DNA of 64,000 nucleotides from Meyerozyma guilliermondii (Eukaryota): NCBI GenBank assembly GCA_051546255.1, contig CP128820.1, positions 558,001 to 622,000 of the forward strand, read 5' to 3'. Shown piece by piece: positions 50,564 to 59,200 of this stretch (position 1 is its first letter; each line of letters starts with the position of its first letter). The notes under the pieces were generated by a model. It saw only the letters and a program-made list of their open reading frames with translations, ran no database searches and was not told where the DNA came from. The position numbers and the translations under genes were made by a program.

Positions 50564-53455
50564 TCACTTGTTGCCCCACGTAGACCCCGAGCCCCATGTG
50601 CTTTTGTCACCTCCACGGTTGCCCCAAGTAGAATTACTGCCACTTCCCCACGCAGACCCTGCTCCTGCTCCGGCTCCGGCACCAGCTCCAGCACCAGCTC
50701 CAGCTCCCCATGTGGACCCTGCGCCATTATCTCCCCAAGTAGAATTGCCAGCATTTCCATTGGAGCCCCACGTTGAAACACCACCATTGGCATTTCCCCA
50801 AGTAGAAGCACCGGCATTTGCTCCAGAACCCCAGGTCGAAGCTGCTCCATTTCCACCTCCCCACGTAGAGGCTCCTGAGTTGGCATTTCCTCCCCAGGTA
50901 GAAGCACCACCGGGAGTTTTGCCCCAAGCTGTGGCACCTCCTCCCCAAGATGTACCGCCTCCAGCACCACCACCGCCTACCATTGGCGTAGCACCGCCAT
51001 TTCCCCAGGCAGATTTTCCGCCCGACGAAAATGCTGGTCCAAATCTGTTCTGGTTGTTCATGGAAGAACCACTGTTTTGAGGTCCGTTGTTGGCACCGAT
51101 AAACCGCAAGTACGGAATAGACTCACCACGTATTATAACACTCAAGTTGTTCTTGTTAACCTTGATTTTTTTGGATTTGGTATGCAACTCAATACGAGCA
51201 AACACATCGTCGGTATCGGTCACCTTTCCCATAAGCCCCTTATGATTTCCACCAGTAACAATAACGTCCTTGTAGATCAATTTGTCACGCCCACCGCGAC
51301 GAGCAGTAACAGCTGGTGACGGACCGGCCACCTTGTTTGGATTCATTTTGGTAAGATCTGGTCCCTTAGGTCCGTCTCGTGTCACCGCTAATACATTCAT
51401 ACAGTTGGTGACGAAAAACCCAAGGTTTTCAGAGACATCATGCAGCTGTATGAACAACGAGTTTTTGAATATATGCACAACAACACCTTCGCGCTTCTTG
51501 TCGGTGGCTAATTCTCTTACTGTGTCTCCAACCTGAACAGTATTTCCATTTTTATCAGTGGCTATCTGTTCACGACGGGTCATCCGAAGCTTGGAAGCTA
51601 TACCTGAAGGCTTGACGGTGGTAAGACGACCATCAGACGTAAGAAGCTCGTACAAGTCCTTGTCTGCCTTCACTATAACACCCACAGTAGACGCATTGAG
51701 CTGTACCAAGTCCTTGATATCGTACATGCCACCAGTTTCCGTAGATGTCAGTGCGTCAGTAGCTTTCACCAAGTAATTGGCGAAGACTCTCACGTCTGCC
51801 TTGGTCTGGTCACTCAAAAGAACCACGGAATCTCCTTCAAGCTTGATAACCAAGCCTGTTTCGTCGGCGTGCTTACCAGCGACAACTCGAACATGGTCTC
51901 CTGGAGCGAAAACTTTACGAAGATCTGCCGCAACCACTGTCAATTCTTGGTTCACGAAACGAGGATCTCCACTATCGGTCACCATTATAGTGACTTCGTT
52001 GAGAGACAGCGCTGTGACTTTACCCACAGTACGAGCCTGTTCACCACGACGAACTTCTACTTTATCGCCGGGTTGAAATGCTGAGGTTTGTTCCTTTTTC
52101 ATCAGGGCCACGGCTGACACATCGATACCATCGTCGCCCACGTTGAAACGCTCCAACTCAGCGAGAGTAGGATTCACATCTTTGGTGTTGATGAACTGAA
52201 GCTTGAAATCCTTATACAAGAACCCATCGACATAATCGTCACCGCGGTAAATGTAGGTTCTAGGACCCCTTCCGGGCGATAAGAATTCGCTATCGTAGGC
52301 TCTGGCTTCTTGTTCCGAGAATAAACGGGCGGGAGGGCGCACCTTCAGCTTAATTCTGCGGCCGTCTCTGTCAAAAGTGTCGTTTTTACCATAGTCCAAT
52401 CTGGGGACAAGTTTACATCGAACATCCAACCCGTTCTCAGAAAGATTATCCACTATAGCAAGGTCTCCCTTATACTTTCCTCTGGTCATACGAACATAGA
52501 GTCCAGGCACGATCTCCACGTCGGAACTTTTGACCTGTTTCAAAAGATCGGGATATTCTCTGACTGGAACCAAAAGCCGATTCTTGGGGTACACGTTCAC
52601 CATACCTGCCAACGCTCGGTCAATGGCTTCGGCACGCTTGGCTTCGATATAGATATAGCCCTTGAACGAGTCTCTTTGGAACACCGTCAAGATATCGAGA
52701 GGCCGTCCGGTTCGGGCGAGGGTTCTCTTTTTGTCGAAGAGCTTGCGAACAAGTTCTTTTTCACGACCAGGTGAACAACGAATGGCGTAAATGGAAGGGT
52801 CGTTGATAGATGGCATGAGCAACTTTTGAGATACTGTACCAGAAGTGGCGCTATCTCCACGGTAAACAGAATGGGTTTTACGGTAACGTTGCTTCAATGT
52901 TTCTGCCAACGCTTCGGCATCCTGGTCCTCGGTTTCCTGTCTTCTACGGTCGAATTCCCGGTGCAATCTGTCGTCCTGGCGCTCCGTCTCGGGCGCCTCC
53001 TTGTCGTCAGCTAAAAACTGTTCTCTCAACAATTCGGCCTCTTCGTCGTCTTCGTCGATTTCCTCATCTTCTTCATCGTCGACTTCGGCTTCGATATCCA
53101 CAAACTGGTTTGCCCTCCGCCGTTTCCGCGACCGCAAATCGTCGTCCTCGTCGTCATCATTTTCGTCTTCGTTTTCGTTTTCGTCTTCATTGTCGTCTTC
53201 GTTTTCATTCTCATCTTCATTTTCGTCTTCGTTTTCGTTTTCCTCTTCGTCTCTTGGCTCTTCCTTCACCTGTTCTTCTTCTTGCTTGAGAGCGGCCGCT
53301 TCCTCCAGGCCCATCTCATCGAACAGTCTTTTACGATTTACAGGCTCTGTCTCTCCATCGTCCGCGACATCAACCTCGGCAGCTTCCACATCGAAGTCGT
53401 CGACGTCGTAGCCATCTTCGCCGTCGGGATGCTTGTGTTCGACAAAATCAGACAT
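50564..53455 (-). CDS. SPT5: Transcription elongation factor Spt5
   Basis: Acidic N-terminus, NGN domain (KGYIYIEA), KOW repeats and C-terminal S(T/A)WG repeats. ATG at 53455. Confidence 0.97.
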   Translation of the reverse strand: MSDFVEHKHPDGEDGYDVDDFDVEAAEVDVADDGETEPVNRKRLFDEMGLEEAAALKQEEEQVKEEPRDEEENENEDENEDENENEDDNEDENENEDENDDDEDDDLRSRKRRRANQFVDIEAEVDDEEDEEIDEDDEEAELLREQFLADDKEAPETERQDDRLHREFDRRRQETEDQDAEALAETLKQRYRKTHSVYRGDSATSGTVSQKLLMPSINDPSIYAIRCSPGREKELVRKLFDKKRTLARTGRPLDILTVFQRDSFKGYIYIEAKRAEAIDRALAGMVNVYPKNRLLVPVREYPDLLKQVKSSDVEIVPGLYVRMTRGKYKGDLAIVDNLSENGLDVRCKLVPRLDYGKNDTFDRDGRRIKLKVRPPARLFSEQEARAYDSEFLSPGRGPRTYIYRGDDYVDGFLYKDFKLQFINTKDVNPTLAELERFNVGDDGIDVSAVALMKKEQTSAFQPGDKVEVRRGEQARTVGKVTALSLNEVTIMVTDSGDPRFVNQELTVVAADLRKVFAPGDHVRVVAGKHADETGLVIKLEGDSVVLLSDQTKADVRVFANYLVKATDALTSTETGGMYDIKDLVQLNASTVGVIVKADKDLYELLTSDGRLTTVKPSGIASKLRMTRREQIATDKNGNTVQVGDTVRELATDKKREGVVVHIFKNSLFIQLHDVSENLGFFVTNCMNVLAVTRDGPKGPDLTKMNPNKVAGPSPAVTARRGGRDKLIYKDVIVTGGNHKGLMGKVTDTDDVFARIELHTKSKKIKVNKNNLSVIIRGESIPYLRFIGANNGPQNSGSSMNNQNRFGPAFSSGGKSAWGNGGATPMVGGGGAGGGTSWGGGATAWGKTPGGASTWGGNANSGASTWGGGNGAASTWGSGANAGASTWGNANGGVSTWGSNGNAGNSTWGDNGAGSTWGAGAGAGAGAGAGAGAGSAWGSGSNSTWGNRGGDKSTWGSGSTWGNK
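50570..51020 (-). repeat. Spt5 C-terminal repeat region (STWG units, GA run)
   Basis: About 14 S(T/A)WG-type units and a (GA)n tract. Confidence 0.85.
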
Positions 53456-53666
53456 GATGGTGAACGAGGAGATTTTTCGTGATATTTTGGCGCGCGGTAC
53501 TGCAGACAAGAACAAGATGCTATACGGCTGCAAATGAAATGAAAAAGGTAATGCTACAATCGATCAGCTACAATCAAGTTTTCAGCAAATGGGAGTTTTA
53601 TTGCTTTTGTGGTTTTTGGCTACACTGGTTTATTGATTTGTATTCTATACCTGCATGCTTTCTACA

Positions 53667-55301
53667 CTAAGCAAGCACCTTCCAGAAGTTTTTCCAGGTC
53701 CAGTTCAGCTCAGGAATATCTTCAGGGTTTTCTTCGATATCAGTGAAGATTGACTTCAAATCCACCTCCTCCGGACGCAAGTAGCGTGTTTTCTTGAAAA
53801 GTTTCCAGAATGTAAACAAACCAATGGACAACGGAATGATAAAGTAGCTGGTGAAGAAAGACTCGATTTTGAACTGGCCGGGAATAAAGTTGGTGAATCC
53901 TCCTGTGATCAAAAAGACAAATGACATGATTCCGGAGAACCACGCTGCGAAGGGTCCGAATCTTGTGGAGTACGGTAAATCCTTTCTGGTGTAACCTTGT
54001 GCCCTTAATGCTCTGTCCATATGAATGTGGTTCGCGGAAATCAAGATCCACCTCAAAAGCAAATTAGAAGAGGTCAAGCCCTGGAACCAGCTGAAAATGG
54101 TCGATGAAGTGGCAGAAACCGACATGTATGCCAAGGGCAAAAATATAGCCACAAACGCAACTCCATAGTATGGAACTCCTCTTTTGGTGGTTTTCAAGAA
54201 AATCTTTGGAGCCTGGTTTTTTGCAGCCAACGAGAACAAGTTCCGAGAACCCTCCACCATACTCAAGTTTCCAGCGGACCAAGCCGAGGTCAAGACGATA
54301 GCATTGATAATATGCGGTAAAACGTGGATTTTGGCATTGTTGATTGCAATGACAAAAGGACTTGATTGGGCGGTTCCGGTTCCGGATGCAATGCGAGGGT
54401 CGTTGTAAGGAACTATCATGGTCAAGAAAAAGACTGTGATAAGGTACAAGGTGATAATACGCACAAAGATGTTCTTTGCACCGTGAAATATCGCATGTCT
54501 ACTATTCTTGGTTTCGCCAGCCAAAATTGCAATATTTTGCACCCCGCCATAAGAGTATACAATTGACGAGATGGCAGACCAAATTCCAGTCATTCTTCCT
54601 CTTGCACCAGTATAAATGTATTCTGCAATTGGTCCGGGGTCTCTCCAGTACTGGAACCCAATTGCGTGGTGATTGGGACCACCTCCGCACACTATCACCA
54701 AGCTGGTGATGATGATTATCACAATCAAGATAATTTTCAACCACCCAAAAAAGTACTCAATCTCGCCATAAAACCGAACCGAGTAGAGATTGGTAAGAAT
54801 GAACAACACTCCAAACACTGTTATAAACACTGCTGGGCTTACATCTGTCCAGTATGTCATTACAACTGCTGTGGCAGAAAGCTCCGCCGGCATTATAGCA
54901 GCATAAACCGAAATCCACCCAAAGGCAAAACCCACGGCTTCGTCGATAAACTGCTCGGAATGACGAACCGTGGCAGCTGTTGCAGGCAAAAAAGAAGCCA
55001 CCTCGGCAATTGCAACCTGGTTGCAACCAACCACTATTCCCACCAACACATACCCTATAAGCATTCCAACGGGACCAGTTTTTTTCAAAGTACCACCAGA
55101 AGACAAGAATAAACCGGTTCCAAACACTCCCACCAACGTCAACATCTGGATATGTCTTTGACGAAGACCCTGTCTTAAAAGAGTTCTATCATATTCAAGA
55201 ACTCCTCTTTCTTCTCCGCTAGTACTGGAGTTCCAAGACTCGATTTCCACCAAGTCGACATTTTTTGCAGTCGCCGATTTGCTATCTGAAGACGCTGACA
55301 T
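53667..55301 (-). CDS. Amino-acid permease (YAT/APC family)
   Basis: LRQRHIQMLTLVGVFGTGLF, FYGEIEYFF, GFQYWRDPG and SSPFVIA, with about 12 TM segments. Substrate not assignable. Confidence 0.9.
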   Translation of the reverse strand: MSASSDSKSATAKNVDLVEIESWNSSTSGEERGVLEYDRTLLRQGLRQRHIQMLTLVGVFGTGLFLSSGGTLKKTGPVGMLIGYVLVGIVVGCNQVAIAEVASFLPATAATVRHSEQFIDEAVGFAFGWISVYAAIMPAELSATAVVMTYWTDVSPAVFITVFGVLFILTNLYSVRFYGEIEYFFGWLKIILIVIIIITSLVIVCGGGPNHHAIGFQYWRDPGPIAEYIYTGARGRMTGIWSAISSIVYSYGGVQNIAILAGETKNSRHAIFHGAKNIFVRIITLYLITVFFLTMIVPYNDPRIASGTGTAQSSPFVIAINNAKIHVLPHIINAIVLTSAWSAGNLSMVEGSRNLFSLAAKNQAPKIFLKTTKRGVPYYGVAFVAIFLPLAYMSVSATSSTIFSWFQGLTSSNLLLRWILISANHIHMDRALRAQGYTRKDLPYSTRFGPFAAWFSGIMSFVFLITGGFTNFIPGQFKIESFFTSYFIIPLSIGLFTFWKLFKKTRYLRPEEVDLKSIFTDIEENPEDIPELNWTWKNFWKVLA

Positions 55302-55948
55302 ACTTGAATAACAATTTTGGGTTGGGATCAGTCCCTTTTAACGTCGGAGTTGTGTGAGCTCCACAGTGATAAGAGCCAAGGCTGCATACTGCTGACAAAG
55401 GGAGACTTTTAATTTGTCACATTTTGCCATTTTTCTGTTAGTCATAAGCAGCTAAACCGAGACAGATCATAAGAGACAGTCATGGCAGACATTGCACACA
55501 AACCATAGCATTCAGCTATCCCACCATAAACCCCAAGTACCAAAATCAAGTGCCGCGCAAAGTTCGCAACCATTGTGCGACGAGCTCCATTGTGGCGCAA
55601 AATGCCAGTTCCAAAAATGCCACAACCAGTTTCTCCGGGAAGCTAAAACCGAGACGTTACATGCTGGAATCAAGGCACCAAAAGATAGCAGAACAGCTGA
55701 AGCGCAATTGCAATAGCGCCGTCACCGATGCGGCGCAGTCGCTTATCAGTTTGACAGGGTTGACAGATAAGAAAAGGAAGATAACCGGAATGGTATCGAG
55801 ATATAGTCTGGTGGTATAAGCCATTGCAGCCGTAGGGAAATGTAATTGTACCAAAAGTGCAATAAAGTTGCAATTTAGTGGTTGCAATTTAAAGGTTGCA
55901 AAATGTACCTTCAGACTTCTTGGCACTTATTGTAGCTAGTCGTCACCC

Positions 55949-56030
55949 TATCCTCAACTATCCTCAGCTATTCTCAGCTTATCCTTCAGCATATCTCATA
56001 TCCTCAGCTTATTCTTATCCTCGGCTATTC
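55949..56030. repeat. Degenerate 10-11 bp repeat (tatcctcagc)
   Basis: tatcctcaac tatcctcagc tattctcagc ttatccttcagc…tatcctcggc tattc. Confidence 0.65.
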
Positions 56031-56134
56031 TTTGTCTTACTTCTTTTCTGTATGCTGTACCTCAGTATGCTATAATCTGTATGCTAATCTGTCTGACATG
56101 CTACCATAAAAACCAAAAAAATTCTCTCGTATCC

Positions 56135-56878
56135 ATGACTTTTCACATTCTAATAGTACTATTGAGCTTTCTCGTCGCCGTTTTTGGCTTCGAGGCTACT
56201 CCTCGCAAAAGTATCGATTCTATCAGAACCAAACCCACCAACTGCACTTCTCTTCGTGCCATTGATTTTGATCCAAAAACAATCTTTTTGTGCACGGAGA
56301 CCAATTCAACACTTCTCCACCACAGTCTACTTGATACAGCTTCCAGAGTGGGTGGAAATCTTGTTCCTTCGAATCACGACGTTCAGCTCCAAGAGCTCGG
56401 AATTAGTGCCGATTCCAATACTTGGCTCGAAGCTTCCAATGGATACTACTATGGTAATTTGGAGCCCATGGTTCCGTTGAGCGGGTGTCTTGATAGTAGT
56501 CATGGCGCTGGAGGCTCATTGGCTGGAGAATTTTCAATCAATTTGGGTACAACTTCTTCATTGGATTTACCGTTTCTTTGGGCATCGGGTTTCCAGCCGT
56601 CGCTCGTTGGAGGAGTTACAAACGACATAGATACCTCGTTTACCATCGCCAGGCAGTTTCTGTGTTTAGTCCCAGCCAATTCTACAGGCCAGATCTTCTA
56701 CAGGCCGTTCCGGATCGAAGTTGCAAAACCGCGGATTCGTCCATGGACCGTTATTAAGGGACTTCGGTCTAAAATCCTCCAAGGAAACTGGTTGCAACTA
56801 CAAAAGGCATCCTTCTACTCGGCAGCCACTCCCCCACAGTTTTTGTGTGTTACAGACCCCAAAGAACTCAAGTGCTAA
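56135..56878 (+). CDS. Secreted uncharacterised protein with 6 Cys; possible aerolysin/ETX-like beta fold
   Basis: Hydrophobic signal peptide from ATG 56135, N-glycosylation sequons and a Ser/Thr/Gly-rich alternating segment ending in SC-x-VPANSTGQIFYRP. Confidence 0.65.
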   Translation: MTFHILIVLLSFLVAVFGFEATPRKSIDSIRTKPTNCTSLRAIDFDPKTIFLCTETNSTLLHHSLLDTASRVGGNLVPSNHDVQLQELGISADSNTWLEASNGYYYGNLEPMVPLSGCLDSSHGAGGSLAGEFSINLGTTSSLDLPFLWASGFQPSLVGGVTNDIDTSFTIARQFLCLVPANSTGQIFYRPFRIEVAKPRIRPWTVIKGLRSKILQGNWLQLQKASFYSAATPPQFLCVTDPKELKC

Positions 56879-56882
56879 AGAA

Positions 56883-56973
56883 AGCTGAGCTGAGCTGAGC
56901 TGAATGAGTTGAGTGTGGCTCGCATCAATACACCCGAACATCTCACTGTAGGGCATCTCACTGTAGGGCATCT
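56883..56973. repeat. (agctg)4 plus a 15-bp tandem duplication (catctcactgtaggg x2.3)
   Basis: Read directly at 56883-56902 and 56939-56973, just upstream of APT1. Confidence 0.8.
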
Positions 56974-56987
56974 TCTTTTGTTTCACC

Positions 56988-57539
56988 ATGTCAATTGAAA
57001 GCTACGCCGCCGAGCTCAAGTCGGCTCTTCGTCAGTTCCCCAACTTTCCCTCGGAGGGTATTCTTTTTGAGGACTTTTTGCCGATTTTTGCCAAACCGGA
57101 ATTGTTCAAAAATCTCGTAGAGGCATTCAAGTTGCACGTGGGAGACACCAAAGTCGATTATGTTGTGGGATTGGAAAGTAGAGGGTTTCTCTTTGGCCCT
57201 ACGCTTGCGTTGGCTCTTGGAGCTGGGTTTATTCCCGTAAGAAAGCCAGGAAAATTGCCAGGACCAACTTTAGAAGCCACCTTCCAAAAGGAATACGGAA
57301 CCGACAAATTCCAGATCCAAGAAGGTGTGATCCCTAAGGATGCCCGTGTCTTGGTCGTGGACGATATATTGGCTACTGGAGGTAGTGCAAGTGCTGCTGG
57401 CCTGTTGGTGGAGAAAAGTGGTGCAAAAGTGGTGGAGTATCTTTTTGTGATGGAGCTTGATTTTTTGAAGGGACGTGACAAGTTGAACAGCCCTGTTTTC
57501 ACGTTGTTGAGTGGCCAGGAGGCGAAGTTGGAGAAGTAG
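56988..57539 (+). CDS. APT1: Adenine phosphoribosyltransferase
   Basis: FPNFPSEGILFEDFLP, GLESRGFLFG, RKPGKLPG and VVDDILATGGS. Confidence 0.97.
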   Translation: MSIESYAAELKSALRQFPNFPSEGILFEDFLPIFAKPELFKNLVEAFKLHVGDTKVDYVVGLESRGFLFGPTLALALGAGFIPVRKPGKLPGPTLEATFQKEYGTDKFQIQEGVIPKDARVLVVDDILATGGSASAAGLLVEKSGAKVVEYLFVMELDFLKGRDKLNSPVFTLLSGQEAKLEK

Positions 57540-57580
57540 AGAAGTAGAGAATAATAGAAAGCTGGAATTCAATATATTAT

Positions 57581-57895
57581 CTATCCGCTTTTGAATACAA
57601 GAAACGCCAACTCGCCGATGTAAAAATAACAGAAAAATCCATGCTCGTGAGTAACATAAGAACCAAAGCTCTTTCCCACTATAACATGCCATGTAGGACC
57701 ATACAAATGGTCCATTTCTTTTTTCAAAAAAGTAGAATAATCCTTTTCAACACTATACGTGGAGAGCGCCTGGGCTGCCAACTCGAACAATCGAGTCTGG
57801 GTTTCTTCCGGCAAATCAGATGCCTTTAAGACCGCTGGGTTAGTTAAAAATTTCAACGAGCGAGCGAAAGTAAACTTACGGGCTTCGGATTCCAT
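57581..57895 (-). CDS. DYN2: Dynein light chain LC8 (one 45-nt intron)
   Basis: Spliced product MESEAPVLKASDLPEE…YGPTWHVIVGKSFGSYVTHE…FLVFKSG. Confidence 0.92.
   Translation of the reverse strand: MESEARKFTFARSLKFLTNPAVLKASDLPEETQTRLFELAAQALSTYSVEKDYSTFLKKEMDHLYGPTWHVIVGKSFGSYVTHEHGFFCYFYIGELAFLVFKSG
57835..57879 (-). other. Spliceosomal intron in DYN2 (45 nt, in frame)
   Basis: C|GTAAGT…AACTAACCCAG|CG. Removal gives a typical 89-aa LC8. Confidence 0.85.
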
Positions 57896-58181
57896 ACGCA
57901 ATACTAACGGAATCAAACATTTGTCTTGGTGAAACATCCGTACACCACCACATTCCACGAGCTACCAATAGTTCTAAGTTGTACTGGTTAGTACCTGAAT
58001 TCCGGCATGGATGTCATTGGCACAAACAACAGCATTCCTAGGATGGCCAGGCCCAGAAAGTAAGCGCAATAGCAATACTGACTAATGTCAGATGTAATTT
58101 AAAAGGCATCTGTGCACCAGGTTCCGGTTACCCCACACTAAGTATAAAAGCCAACTTTGTTGCTTTCAGCAAATAGACAAC

Positions 58182-58862
58182 ATGTATGGATTTTCCAAGA
58201 TTGAAAGAGAAGTTCTGAAGGCAATTCCAAATCCTGAAAGCCCCAAACCTCAAGGTGTGGCTCCAGTGCCCTCCAGTGAATTGGCCCGTTTCGTCTACGA
58301 TTATGCCAAGAAAGAGCTTCCTCCAAAAACCTTCAACCACTCACTTCGAGTGTATCTGTATGGAGTAGCTATTATGAACGACCACTTTCCCAAATGGTCG
58401 TTGGATCCAGAAGTTATCTTTGTAACTTCAATGCTTCATGATATTGGAACCACCGACAAGAATATGGCTGCAACAAAGATGTCGTTTGAGTTTTGGGGCG
58501 GCATTCTTTCACGGGATCTCATCTTAGAACATACCAAGGGAAACCAGGAGTATGCCGATGCTGTAGCTGAGGCTATCATTCGTCATCAGGATCTTGGAGA
58601 AACTGGTTATATCACCACTTTGGGGCTCATTACTCAGATTGGAACCATTCTTGATAATGTGGGACTTTACACCCATCTCATTCATGAAGACACTTTGGAT
58701 GCTATAAACAGACAGCATCTGCGTGACGGGTGGCTCTCGTGCTTTGCTGGAGCCATTGAGAATGAAAACCGCAAAAAGCCTTGGGGACATACGTCCAAGC
58801 TTGGAGTGGAGCAGTTTCCCAAGGATGTGATGAACAACAAGGTTCGGTACCAAAAGATGTGA
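58182..58862 (+). CDS. Cyanamide hydratase (HD domain; Ddi2/Ddi3-like)
   Basis: FNHSLRVY, LHDIGTT, TKMSFEFWGG, AEAIIRHQD and KPWGHTS; 226 aa. TATAAAA at 58143. Confidence 0.9.
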   Translation: MYGFSKIEREVLKAIPNPESPKPQGVAPVPSSELARFVYDYAKKELPPKTFNHSLRVYLYGVAIMNDHFPKWSLDPEVIFVTSMLHDIGTTDKNMAATKMSFEFWGGILSRDLILEHTKGNQEYADAVAEAIIRHQDLGETGYITTLGLITQIGTILDNVGLYTHLIHEDTLDAINRQHLRDGWLSCFAGAIENENRKKPWGHTSKLGVEQFPKDVMNNKVRYQKM

Positions 58863-58875
58863 AAAGAAGAAAAAA

Positions 58876-58990
58876 ACTGAAGCAGAACTAAAGCATGAAC
58901 AGACTGACAAAGTTGAACAGACTGAACTCAAGACTGGACTTAAGAACTGAGACTGACTGAGCTGATTGAGACTAACTGAGCTGACTAAGA
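58876..58990. repeat. Degenerate actga/gactga low-complexity tract
   Basis: Many imperfect (g)actga(g) units directly after the cyanamide hydratase stop. Confidence 0.5.
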
Positions 58991-59200
58991 AAGAATTCCT
59001 CAATACGTTGACCTGATATTTATAGTACTTCATTACAATCGCTAGAAGCAACAGAACTTGTAGCATTGGTCCGATATCTTTCTCTTCACCTTTTTCTCCT
59101 AATCTTTTTCTCTCCCTCACTTTCTCTTCGCATTTCGCAGCCGCAGCTTTCTCGCAGCCGTCGCGAAATCATCACCTCTCCAATCTCCACCACCATTCCC

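Noticed and set aside
50533..51080. Pro-rich plus-strand ORF and alternative-frame ORF over the SPT5 3' end
   Set aside because: Shadows of the Gly/Trp-rich Spt5 repeats.
30108..58862. MRI1, QNS1, xanthine dioxygenase, permease, APT1 and cyanamide hydratase as a salvage gene cluster
   Set aside because: Spread over 28 kb among unrelated housekeeping genes; the CGG-N4-CCG array was noticed at only one of them.
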